The notes under the pieces were generated by a model. The model was not told where the DNA came from, ran no database searches, and saw only the letters and a list, made by a program, of their open reading frames with translations. Below, one piece after another: positions 40,289-50,611 of a DNA stretch of 64,000 nucleotides. The DNA lies in the NCBI GenBank assembly GCA_044440125.1, contig JBITAJ010000021.1:224001-288000 (forward strand), in the 5' to 3' direction. Every line of letters starts with the position of its first letter. Position 1 is the first letter of the stretch. The stretch is from Sedimentisphaeraceae bacterium JB056. Lineage in GTDB: Bacteria; Planctomycetota; Phycisphaerae; Sedimentisphaerales; Sedimentisphaeraceae. A program made the position numbers and the translations under genes.

Positions 40289-41518
40289 CTATATATAATA
40301 TTTTCCGTCTTTATCAAATACAGAAAGATAAGGACCAACAACACAAGACTCATATTTAAGTAATGCAACCGGACAGTAATTACACATCCTTGCACAAATT
40401 GCATTTATCACTTCGTTGTTGCCGTAGACACCACCATACTGACGCACATTTCCCGAACTAAGTTCTTGTAAAGTCATAAGGTGTTTTAATGCCTTAGCAC
40501 TGGCATCATGATACTTGTGCTCACCCGTTTCAAGAAACATATCCTGCCATAAGACCGTAGAAGTAGCAGAAGCAACCCATACGGCAGGCTCACCAATACT
40601 GCCGTCATAATTCTGTTCATCAAGCAGCCAATCAGCAAATCTCTGAGCAGGCTCAAAGTATCTGTCATCATCAAGAATTCTTGCAGCACACATTAAAGCT
40701 ATATTAGAAAAATCATCATTATAAACATGCATACGCCACCATCTGCGTGCGAATTCATCACTGCCAAGATGTTTTTCAAATGCAGGTTCATCAAGAACCA
40801 TTTTTGAGAGTCCATCCTCATTAATAAAATTATTCAGATAATAGTCGCCCATTGTCTTTATCACCTTAAGATACCTCGGGTCGCTATCGTATTTATAAAG
40901 ATGATAGAAAAACAGTATATTCGCTATCTGAAAATAGTAACGTACATCTAAAACACCGGGACGTTTATCATTATCGACAACCCATCCTTCATCCGCCAGA
41001 GCATATTTAATAAACCAGTCTGCTATTAACTTTGCTCTGTCAAGATACTCCTGATCCTGAGTCTCTCTGAAAAGCAACACAAACGCATCACCAACAACAG
41101 TTGTACTTCGATAGCAGAAATGTTCAGCTTTCGGCCCCAACTGATGAATACTAAACTCACCAACACAACCGTAAAGTTCTGTCTTACCTGAATATAAATA
41201 CTGAAGAGACTTTAAGTATTCACCACATCTGATTGCTGCATCAAAATACCTGATATCATTTGTGCGATCATAAAGCATGAATAGAAAATTCACACTCATA
41301 GCAGTCATCATTCCGCCAGACATCAGTTCATTCTTGCCGTTAAAGAATTTTTCTGTAGGATGATAATTAGCGACATACTCACCATAAGTCGGCTCAAAAC
41401 GATCGTTAATCTGATTGGCAATACACCAATCGCCTATAAGCTTTGCCCGTTCAAGGCATAATGAGCTGAATTCATCTGTCTTATTCTCGATATCACAAAT
41501 CTGAGTTGCTGCGTCCAT
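40289..41518 (-). CDS. Cytoplasmic (a/a)6-barrel protein, paralogue of 37704-38804
   Basis: YLKSLQ, EYLDRAKLIADWF, WWRMHVYNDDF, QNYDGS. Confidence 0.55.
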   Translation of the reverse strand: MDAATQICDIENKTDEFSSLCLERAKLIGDWCIANQINDRFEPTYGEYVANYHPTEKFFNGKNELMSGGMMTAMSVNFLFMLYDRTNDIRYFDAAIRCGEYLKSLQYLYSGKTELYGCVGEFSIHQLGPKAEHFCYRSTTVVGDAFVLLFRETQDQEYLDRAKLIADWFIKYALADEGWVVDNDKRPGVLDVRYYFQIANILFFYHLYKYDSDPRYLKVIKTMGDYYLNNFINEDGLSKMVLDEPAFEKHLGSDEFARRWWRMHVYNDDFSNIALMCAARILDDDRYFEPAQRFADWLLDEQNYDGSIGEPAVWVASATSTVLWQDMFLETGEHKYHDASAKALKHLMTLQELSSGNVRQYGGVYGNNEVINAICARMCNYCPVALLKYESCVVGPYLSVFDKDGKYYI

Positions 41519-41536
41519 TAAAGGAACCTTTCAAAA

Positions 41537-44500
41537 TTATTTTTGGCAATATACATCCTGCGGATTATTACAATCAAGCCAACCATTTAACAAAATCAGC
41601 AGGTCATTAAAGTCTACATAGCAGTCTTTGTTGATATCTGCTTCGAAAAAAAAAGCGTTGAAGCCACATAACAACCATTATCATGATACCCCTGCACCAA
41701 CGCCATTGACGGAGTGTTAATCGGGAAAACACTCATAACAGGAAAACCGCTTTCTGAAAAAGCAAGATCGTTATAACGCTGAATATTCATATTGAGCAAT
41801 GTATTATCAACACTTATAACAGAATCAAACTGCATGCTTGAATCCGCAAATGAGAAATACAAATCCCCCGCCTGACTGTCATTATAGCATACACACAGCT
41901 GACCTTCTTCAGTTACGGCACAGGAAACAGATGATGATATATAAGTTAAATCAACATAATATGAATTTATCGTTCCATCACTTTCTCTACAAAGCACCCT
42001 CTTATCACTCGATGTATCAATATAGGTAATAAAAATATCATCATCATAAACTGCCATATCTAAGACTTTAGAATACTGGTCATCGTCAAGCGATCCTGAC
42101 CCGTCAGTATTAGAGTTTTTAATATTTGATGCAAGAGTCTGAACAGTCCAGCTTGTATCATTTTTATAAGCAAACATAAGAGAATTATTCCAATCATTTC
42201 TGAAAGCAATATAAGGATTATCATCAGAATCAAGTACAATCACCGAATCCTCATATCTGCCGCCCCCGCTGATTACTGTTTCAACTGACCAATTACCTGG
42301 AGAAATTCTTCTTGCATATTTCAAGCATGAACCATCTGCACTTGTTCCCCAACTTATATCAGGTCTCTCGTTACTGCCCAATGCTATTGAAGTTCCGTAA
42401 ACAGTTCCCGTTGCAACAGTTTCTGTCCAGAACCCCATACTGCTCTTAAAAGATACCGCAACAGCTCCGCCGGAAAAAGTATTGGATGAAACCACCCAAT
42501 GAATATTATCGTTACCGACAGCCGTAGATATCCATCTATAATTACCGGCATTACCTGTAACACTGTCTGTAATATCAAATAAGCCGTCATCACCAATCGC
42601 ATATCTTAACTTTGCATCACTTATGGAACTGTAACCAAGATGCAAATGACCGTCAACAGGTGAAAGGGATATTGAGTTGACACTGCCTTCTATTTTAGAA
42701 GGCACATCCTGAATTGTCTGAACGGCCCATTTCACTGGCACCAGATGGATTATCTCCGCTGTATAAGGGCGATAAGTCAGTGCAAACTCAATCACATCGT
42801 TATTATTCTTAACAAATACACTCTGACCAGTCATAACATTGACGACTTTATACATATCTGCATTATCAGCAGTATTATCAAGACGAACAGTTATTGATGT
42901 TTTCAAATCAGATGTACCTTTATTTAATACGTTAAGAAAATAAGTTGAGTTATCAGCCTCTTTGAAAAAACTGCACTGCAATGCAGTAGAAGAAGATATA
43001 TTCTGATTAACCCCGTAGTGTTCCAGCAGTGATGTTGATATATCCCAAACCATTGAAGCTCTTGCACTGTCATTTTTATATTTTATTACAGGAAATCCCA
43101 AACATACAACTTTACCGCTCCCAACCGTTTTTTCGGCAGCAGCTATATCTGTAGAATTCCATTTTGCTATGGCTGTAAGACCTGAACCACTAAGAACACA
43201 CCCTTCATCAACATAGTAACCAGACGGAGCACCAGTAACATAGAAACTCACACTGCCACTGACTGATGTACCATAAGTAATTCCAAACAGGTTTGTTATA
43301 TTCTGATAGGAATCATCAGAATCAGTAAAGTAAGGCAATACCAATGTACCTCCCGCCTCTACATAAGTCTTAAGCTTATTCCAATAAGCAGAGCTATGTC
43401 GTTTAGAATTAGCATCAAGAATAACACTGTAGCCATTCAATGAGATGTCTTCAAAATCTGTAGTAGAGTCATAACTAACATTATGATCGGTGAAAAGGTA
43501 ACCCCAGTTATTTGTATTCAATAATTGTTCATCAACCTCATCTTTCTCAAATATACCGGATTCTAACGTATCCCATGATGGATATAACAGGCAAACATCA
43601 TCCAGCATTTTTTCAGAACTTAAAGATTTATCAAAATACGGCTTGTATTGTGCCCAGTTATAGAAAGGTTCGCCAACCTCCCAATAAACATAGCATGCCT
43701 GATTTCCCTGATAAGTCATCAAATTGTATACTGCCATCTGAAAAGCTTCACGCGGAGGCGGCAATATAGCCATCTCTGCCCCAATAGAAATATCCTTATG
43801 GTTGGCAATAGCACCAGGTACAATAAATTGATCTATCCATTCGGAACCTGTTTTTAATACAGATCCACTGCAGTTATCTGCAACATCAATCAACCCGTCA
43901 ATATAACTGCCTTGCATGTTTCCCCAAGTCAGCCAACCACCAGATTGTTTAATTTCTATCTTAGCCGAAGAATCCTGCTGCCTTATGACATTGGCCGCCT
44001 GCGAAAAGAAATCCAATGCGCCATCACGCCTGAACTTCATCCACAACCCCCAAAGATACTCACCATATTCAGTCTTTGTCTCAGGCATTGGAACTTCAGC
44101 GTAAGTACCAAGACTCAACCCGGTATTACTGTTTATTTCAGCAATTGTAATACCGCTATTCTGAAGCCACTGAGCCCACTTGGTATCAGCAAACGTTGAA
44201 TAATCATACATTCTTCCATTTTCCTGGTATATCTGTCCACCAAAATTATAAACATGATCATTACCAGGCCCGGTTGGTACATATGCCAGTACATTTTGCT
44301 TTGTTGAACAATATGATGCTAGCGCATTCCAGAAACTCATTAACGAATTTGTATAATTATCAGAGAATATAGAGCCGTCAGGTGTAACATATCCATCACG
44401 GGATACCATTTCATCCGTTATCCAGTCAGGAATTCCATAATTACCATTATAGTTTTTAGTTGCCCAAGTAACAGAACCAATCGATACACCAAGCGACTCT

Positions 44501-46065
44501 AAAGTCGCATTATTAATTGTATTATTATAATCGCTGAAATCATAACTGCCTGAGGAAATCTCAATATCCTTCCATTTCGGTTGAATATAAGCAATATCCC
44601 ATCCGAGTGCAGACAATTTCTTTGCTGAACGTTTATCAAGTTCACCAATAGTCATCGTATAACACATTTGTTCTTGATTAGGGAAACTACCCTTAACCTT
44701 TGATGCAATACTGTCAAGCACTGCTATTTTTACACTGTCACATTTTATATTTTCTCCACCTATACTGCAATCAAGTCCTAATTCATAAGCACCAGATTGA
44801 GAATTTTCTGCACAGTTAATATTGACCTTTTCACAAACACCATTAACACCAACCGTCAAATCAACGACCTGACTTTTGATAATTCGGCCTGTTTCAAGAA
44901 ATTTCAAATACGCCTTGCCCGAAACCAATGCGGATTGGCTGTCATTATTTTTAAATATAACATCAAGATTAACACTAAGAGCATCATCTGCGTAAACATA
45001 TTTTTCAGGAACGATTTTAGCTGTAACAGAATCTACTAAACGACCTTGAGTAGTCATCGCAATCAAACCAAGGGTATTACTTTGCGTTGACTGACCGACA
45101 ACCTCAATTTTATCAATTTCTGCATCTGGGTAAGGATTATTTAAAGTTAAAAGATAAACACTTGCATTCTGCCCAGAAAGTCCGTAATAAACACCTCTCC
45201 ATGCAACCTTAGCCTGAACAAGATTTGCACTACCGTATATTGAGCCGCCAGTACTGTAACCCGATACCATATTGCAAATATTGATATGGCTCACAACCGG
45301 TACTTCATAACTGTATCCGTTAGTATAACATATTTTATACTTGCCAAGTAACTCAGAAACTGAAGACTCACAATCTCTTGCAGCATGGAGAAAATATATT
45401 TTATCAACAGCCTGATCTACATCTACAGATAATGTACTGCTTGAACTTGCAACCCAAAGATTACTGCTTATATCAAAAGTAATCCCATCTAAAGTTACAT
45501 TTCCAACAGGTAGGTCTCGCAAAGGATCACAAGGCGAATCCCATGTAGATTTTGCAGTATTACCTGTAAAAGAAAGTTTTTTGAATACATCATCATCAGT
45601 AGTTGACCTTGTGGTACTGTTCTGACCGTAAGAACTGCCTGTAACATCGAGAGCAAAAGCAGTAAGACCTACAGGCTCACCGCCTGCGGCTGAACATACC
45701 TCAACATAGACAAAACCATTACTCATCCTCTGCTCTACTGGTGTTGTAAGACGAAAATAACTGGTAGGATTATGCATTAAATAGGTAATATCATATCCAG
45801 TAACACCAGTCAAAGAAGAGACCTTCTCATTTAACTCCCATAAAGGTATCTCTGTCTCAATATCCGGCAATACATAAACTTCCGGTTGCTCCGATGCTGA
45901 AATACTTATTTCTATTTCATCCGCATCTACTGGCAAATTAAGCATATAAACATAAGGTTCTGAAGTATCTGTTGTAAGCTTAGTAACTCTCCAGTTTTCA
46001 ATTTGACCAACTACGCAGGAAGACAAAACCCAGACACCTAAAAATATTTTTTTAATATTTATCAT
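41537..46065 (-). CDS. Large secreted GH42-like glycoside hydrolase + propeller-like domain; dockerin-like tail frameshifted
   Basis: WKDIEISSGSYDFS, IPDW, YDYS and LKTYVEAGGTL (GH42 catalytic and trimerisation-like segments). The ORF stops at 41614, but another frame after the T9 tract (41646-41654) reads FEADINKDCYVDFNDLLILLNGWLDCNNPQDVYCQK to a stop at 41537-41539. Confidence 0.75.
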
Positions 46066-46118
46066 ATATAATAATCCTTAAAAACATTAACAACTAACAA
46101 CCATTGCTCTTGAATGTT

Positions 46119-46916
46119 TCAATAATAATACTTTCCAACACCATCTAACTCATACTGCATTTTCATATCTTCAAATTTTCTCCAGGTAACATGGCCGTCA
46201 CCTAAAACCACGTTTCCACCTTGCGGCTCACCATACTGAGGCGGTCTTGGGTACAAATTATCACGATTATTATCCTTATCCCAGTGATTGACATTATCAA
46301 AGCAATCATCCGGCCTGCTCTTAACGTTATCCTGTACAATAACCTGCTCAGAAGTTGTCTTGCCAACCGATTCGGTTCTCAATTTACTGTCAAGTCCCCA
46401 TACATTCCAAAAGGTATAACTTGAAGGCAATAAACCAAAACGTTGATTACTATAAGAGTTGCCATCTGACATATTGAAATTTCCATCATCAGCCCAATCT
46501 TCAATACTTGCCTGGGTTATAGGATAATAATACTTATAATGAGCCGAACCAATATCAGTAGGACACCACCAAACTTCGGTATCATAGCCATAATTCATTA
46601 CCTCGGTCATTGAATAAATACTTATAAGTGTAGGCTGGCCTCTCTTAGGATCCGACTGAACTTCAAACTCCGGTATACCTTCCCAAAACTTGCCGTCATT
46701 ATCAGTTGCATAACAAAATAACGCTAAAGATATTTGATGAAGATTAGTACCGCACAAAGTCTTCTTCGCATTCTGTCTTACCTTGCTGAGAGCCGGCATC
46801 ATTATTGCCATCAAAACGGCAATTATTGATATCACAACTAAAAGCTCAATTAGAGTAAAACCACCTGACATTATCCTATTACTTGTCTTCATCTTAATCT
46901 TTGACTTCATAATCAC
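46119..46916 (-). CDS. Prepilin-type N-terminal cleavage/methylation protein (DUF1559/H-X9-DG-like)
   Basis: [32 protein letters not shown]...GGNVVLGDGHV. Confidence 0.9.
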   Translation of the reverse strand: MIMKSKIKMKTSNRIMSGGFTLIELLVVISIIAVLMAIMMPALSKVRQNAKKTLCGTNLHQISLALFCYATDNDGKFWEGIPEFEVQSDPKRGQPTLISIYSMTEVMNYGYDTEVWWCPTDIGSAHYKYYYPITQASIEDWADDGNFNMSDGNSYSNQRFGLLPSSYTFWNVWGLDSKLRTESVGKTTSEQVIVQDNVKSRPDDCFDNVNHWDKDNNRDNLYPRPPQYGEPQGGNVVLGDGHVTWRKFEDMKMQYELDGVGKYYY

Positions 46917-46933
46917 TCCGTTAACATATATAT

Positions 46934-46963
46934 TTAATGGGGTGAATTAATCCACCCCATTAA
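46934..46963. other. Intergenic stem-loop upstream of pilin-like gene 2
   Basis: Perfect 11-bp inverted repeat TTAATGGGGTG / CACCCCATTAA. Confidence 0.8.
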
Positions 46964-46981
46964 TTACTAACCCATCAATAA

Positions 46982-48298
46982 TTACCAGTTCACCATACAA
47001 TCTAAATCAGACGGCTCATTGCAATCCAGCCAGTTAGCTGCAAGAATAGCAAAATCACTAAGGCCTACATAACAATCGCCACTAAGATCACCGGGCAACC
47101 TTGCACCCATATCAATTACATCCTGGCAGCTAAGTCCCCTGTCAGCAGTTGCTGACGCCATAGCAATTGATGGTGAATTGATTGGGAAATAACTGATAAC
47201 CGGCAGGCCTGTACTGCAAATATCTATATCAAGAAATCGCTGTACATTCTGGCCATCTTCACTAAGTGAAACAACTGTTTCTGAATAGAAATTACCTGTA
47301 CTGAGACTGCCTGTTGCAAGATACAGATTACCCTGACTTACATTGTTATAAGCAATATAAGCAGTATCACCTACAACCTTCAAAGAAACAGAACGGGCGA
47401 TTCCTGAATTGGTTACGGTGTATTCGGTATAGGTAGCATCACTGTTGCGGACCTTAACTTTAACGTGCCCACTTGTATTTGAATACGCAATAACCGCTCT
47501 GTCACTTGAATCTATGTCAAGACTGATGACACTTGAGTACTGCTCATCATCAGTTCCGCCCGAGCCATCAGACTCTGCATTAAGAACATCTGCAGCAACC
47601 TCTTCAATTGTCCATCCGCCCTCTCCATCAGGAAAAGCAAGACTCATAACAGTTGCCCCATTCTCTAAAGACCAGTCATTTCTATAAGCAATATAAGGCA
47701 CATCTGAAGAATCAAATGCAAGCTGTGAATCTTCATAACGACCATTGCCGCTTATGATTATATCTGTAGTCCATGAACCTGCACCAACTCTTTCAGCATA
47801 TTTCACACACGAACCGTCAGCAGTTGTTCCATAACTTACAGCAACATTATCGTTACTGTCCAAGGCAATTGAAGAACCATATACCGTTCCTGTAGCCACA
47901 ACTTCACTGAATAAATTTACACCATCTAATGATGTTACAGTTACAGAACCACCGCTCCAGGTATTTGTTGAAACAAACCATGGAATATTAGGGTCTGCAA
48001 CAGCAACATCTATCCATCTTATGTTGCCTAATGCTGCGATACTTCCCGGCATTATATCAAAATCACCACTTACACCTTCTGCTGCTCTACTTGTTGCATC
48101 TGAAATAGCACTGTAGCCTATAACAATCTCATCTCCAACCGGAGATACTGCTATAGCATTCTGACTGCCTTCAATCTTTCCAGCAACATCCTGAACTGTC
48201 TCTGTCGACCAGTCAAATGGTGCTGCAGTTACAGTAACAACACTTACAAAACACAGAAGTAATACAAACCTGAACATATTTTTCATAATTAACTCCAT
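46982..48298 (-). CDS. Secreted beta-propeller-like protein with dockerin-like C-terminus; no catalytic domain seen
   Basis: Repeats of S.A.DS.D.P.I(A/S)Y and W..E.V; ends GDLSGDCYVGLSDFAILAANWLDCNEPSDLDC. Confidence 0.7.
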   Translation of the reverse strand: MELIMKNMFRFVLLLCFVSVVTVTAAPFDWSTETVQDVAGKIEGSQNAIAVSPVGDEIVIGYSAISDATSRAAEGVSGDFDIMPGSIAALGNIRWIDVAVADPNIPWFVSTNTWSGGSVTVTSLDGVNLFSEVVATGTVYGSSIALDSNDNVAVSYGTTADGSCVKYAERVGAGSWTTDIIISGNGRYEDSQLAFDSSDVPYIAYRNDWSLENGATVMSLAFPDGEGGWTIEEVAADVLNAESDGSGGTDDEQYSSVISLDIDSSDRAVIAYSNTSGHVKVKVRNSDATYTEYTVTNSGIARSVSLKVVGDTAYIAYNNVSQGNLYLATGSLSTGNFYSETVVSLSEDGQNVQRFLDIDICSTGLPVISYFPINSPSIAMASATADRGLSCQDVIDMGARLPGDLSGDCYVGLSDFAILAANWLDCNEPSDLDCMVNW

Positions 48299-48399
48299 AA
48301 AAATTTAATATCTTTTAACACAAAGAATGCGCGCAATTCCTCTGTACAATCGACATCTATTGCTTAAATTAAAAAAAGATTATATGTATTAAGCCGCTG

Positions 48400-49542
48400 T
48401 TAGATCAACGGCCCAGTAGACTCTCTAACAATCAATTCCGGTTTTAATGTAAAAATTTCCGGCTCTGCTAATCTATCCTTATGTGCATCGAAAAGTTTTT
48501 GCACACCCATTTCACCCATTTCAACCATTTTCGAAGAAATAGTAGTTAACGATGGAATTGTATAATTACTTGACAGAATATTATCAAATCCGGCAATAGA
48601 AATATCCTTAGGTATTGAAAGACCGGCATCACAAACCGCTCTCATTCCGCCAATAGCCGTTTCATCATTCACAAACAACAAAGCCGTGGGCTTGTCTTTG
48701 TTTCTCAATAATGAAGCAACTGCATTATAGCCGTCTTCAAGCCCGAAATTACAGTTTTTGACATATTTCCCATAATCAATATCAAGATTATGGTTTGTAA
48801 TAGCACTTATATATCCCTTATATTTCTGATAACTGTTTTTGTGTTGCGGTTCAATCGGCCCACAATATCCAATACAGCTGTGGCCAAGATTAACAAGATG
48901 ATCAACAAGCATCTCAACACCTTTGGCACAATTGATATTTATAGTCGTAACATTTTTGGCTCTTGATACGCCATTAATCAGTACTACAGGAACATTCAGT
49001 GACAATATTTGAGTCCAGCATTCACGATGAGGGTCTCCGCATATAATAAAACCAACGTTATCCCATCGCCTCCCTCTTGGCGTCACATTTTCTTCTGCAA
49101 TAAAATCTTCAAGAAAAGATACACGCAATTTCAAATCTTCATAACGTGAAGCAGAATTGCGAACACCAACTAAAATATTACTCCAGAAAGGATTACGTGC
49201 AAGATAATCAATAGCCGCACCTTTAAGCGTACTACCGGATTCTATAAGACAATATACAACCTCAAGCTTTGAAAAAGTGCTTTCGACCAATGACTTAACA
49301 TATACACCCTTACGCGGCTGGCTTGAGAGTAATCCGTCATTAACCATCTCAACAATAGCCTTGCCGGCAGTTGCCCTGCTTACACCTATAGCCTCACCAA
49401 TCTCACGAACTGAAGGAATCTTAGAGCCTGGCAGGATTTTTTCACGAACAATATAATCCCATACCTTAGCTTTAGTCTGACTTCGCAAAGACTCATAAGG
49501 ATTGTCTATTAGCATTTCTTCTTTTAGTGTATCTGTCTGCAT
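48400..49542 (-). CDS. GntR-type HTH + LacI-type sugar-binding regulator (AraR-like architecture)
   Basis: PGSKIPSVREI...GVSRATA...KGVYV; PTALLFVND, PKDISIAGFD, PSLTTI. Confidence 0.9.
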   Translation of the reverse strand: MQTDTLKEEMLIDNPYESLRSQTKAKVWDYIVREKILPGSKIPSVREIGEAIGVSRATAGKAIVEMVNDGLLSSQPRKGVYVKSLVESTFSKLEVVYCLIESGSTLKGAAIDYLARNPFWSNILVGVRNSASRYEDLKLRVSFLEDFIAEENVTPRGRRWDNVGFIICGDPHRECWTQILSLNVPVVLINGVSRAKNVTTININCAKGVEMLVDHLVNLGHSCIGYCGPIEPQHKNSYQKYKGYISAITNHNLDIDYGKYVKNCNFGLEDGYNAVASLLRNKDKPTALLFVNDETAIGGMRAVCDAGLSIPKDISIAGFDNILSSNYTIPSLTTISSKMVEMGEMGVQKLFDAHKDRLAEPEIFTLKPELIVRESTGPLI

Positions 49543-49555
49543 TTACTAACTACCT

Positions 49556-49728
49556 TGTCTATCTGTCTTACTTATTAATCACAATATATATCAATCTATC
49601 TGTCTTTGCAAGTTTATTTTGAGAAAAAAACAAATTTATTGAACAAAGTCTCTTAAAACTGCCTGCTTTACCGTTTTTTAAGCTTGACAAAACACCCCAA
49701 TAGAAGATATATTATAGACAGATAGACA
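49556..49728. promoter_or_regulatory. Divergent sigma70 promoters with three TCTATCTGTCT operator-like sites
   Basis: Minus: TTGCAA (49611-49606), 17 nt, TATATT (49588-49583). Plus: TTGACA (49684-49689), 18 nt, TATATT (49708-49713). Motif copies at 49556-49568, 49595-49605 and inverted at 49716-49728. Confidence 0.75.
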
Positions 49729-49787
49729 GAAGATGTATATAAAAGAAACAACATTAAGAATTGTTATTACTTGTAAATAGGTGATTT

Positions 49788-50597
49788 ATGAAAAAAACAA
49801 ACAATATAATATTCACTTCATCCCCTTGGGGATTCAGAGAGACAGATTTCTGTCTGCAATGCCAGTGGCTTAAACACAATAATATAGACTTTATATGCGG
49901 TCAACTTTTCGATTCTCCCGGACTCTTCTCGCCTAAACTAAGCAAGGAAAAGCTTTTACAAAAACTTGATATCGCAAATAAATATAACCTTAAATTTGCG
50001 AGTTTTAATGTAAACGGTGATTTTACTGTTGATCAAAATATAGACAAAGAAATCGAAATTTGCAAAAATGATATAAAAAAAGCATCTCTTTTTTCGCCTC
50101 AAATAATTATCGTTTTTGCAGGATGGCAGGAAAGAACTGACGAAGCCGTGTTTGACCAAATCAGCGATTCACTTCAAGAAATAGCTGATTACGCATCAGA
50201 ATTCGGCATTAAAGTAGCATTAGAAAATCACGGCGGCCTCACTACAACACCCCAGCAAATAAACAGAATATTGGATAAAGTACATTCTAACAATATAGGA
50301 TTAAACTATGATCCTGCAAATTTCCTAATGTATGCACAAGATCCACTGAAAGCATTAAATACTATAGACCATCCAATATTTTTTACGCATTTCAAGAGCC
50401 TTAAATTAGTAAATGGAGCAAAGGAATATTGTAGGATTAACGAAGGGGAAATTGACTACAAACCAATCTTAGATGCTATAAGCCATAGATATTCAGGATT
50501 TTACGGCTTAGAATATGAAGAAACAACAGACGTTTTTGAAGGCTCGCAAGACGATTTGAACACATTAAAACAACTTCTAAACCTCAAAGAAATATAA
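49788..50597 (+). CDS. Sugar phosphate isomerase/epimerase (xylose-isomerase-like TIM barrel, IolE-like)
   Basis: ALENHG, NYDPAN, THFK, GEIDY, LEYE motifs. Confidence 0.9.
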   Translation: MKKTNNIIFTSSPWGFRETDFCLQCQWLKHNNIDFICGQLFDSPGLFSPKLSKEKLLQKLDIANKYNLKFASFNVNGDFTVDQNIDKEIEICKNDIKKASLFSPQIIIVFAGWQERTDEAVFDQISDSLQEIADYASEFGIKVALENHGGLTTTPQQINRILDKVHSNNIGLNYDPANFLMYAQDPLKALNTIDHPIFFTHFKSLKLVNGAKEYCRINEGEIDYKPILDAISHRYSGFYGLEYEETTDVFEGSQDDLNTLKQLLNLKEI

Positions 50598-50611
50598 AAA
50601 GGAAAAATGAA

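Noticed and set aside
26113..46916. Complete type II secretion or type IV pilus gene cluster
   Set aside because: Only two isolated pilin-like genes; no ATPase, platform protein, secretin or prepilin peptidase here.
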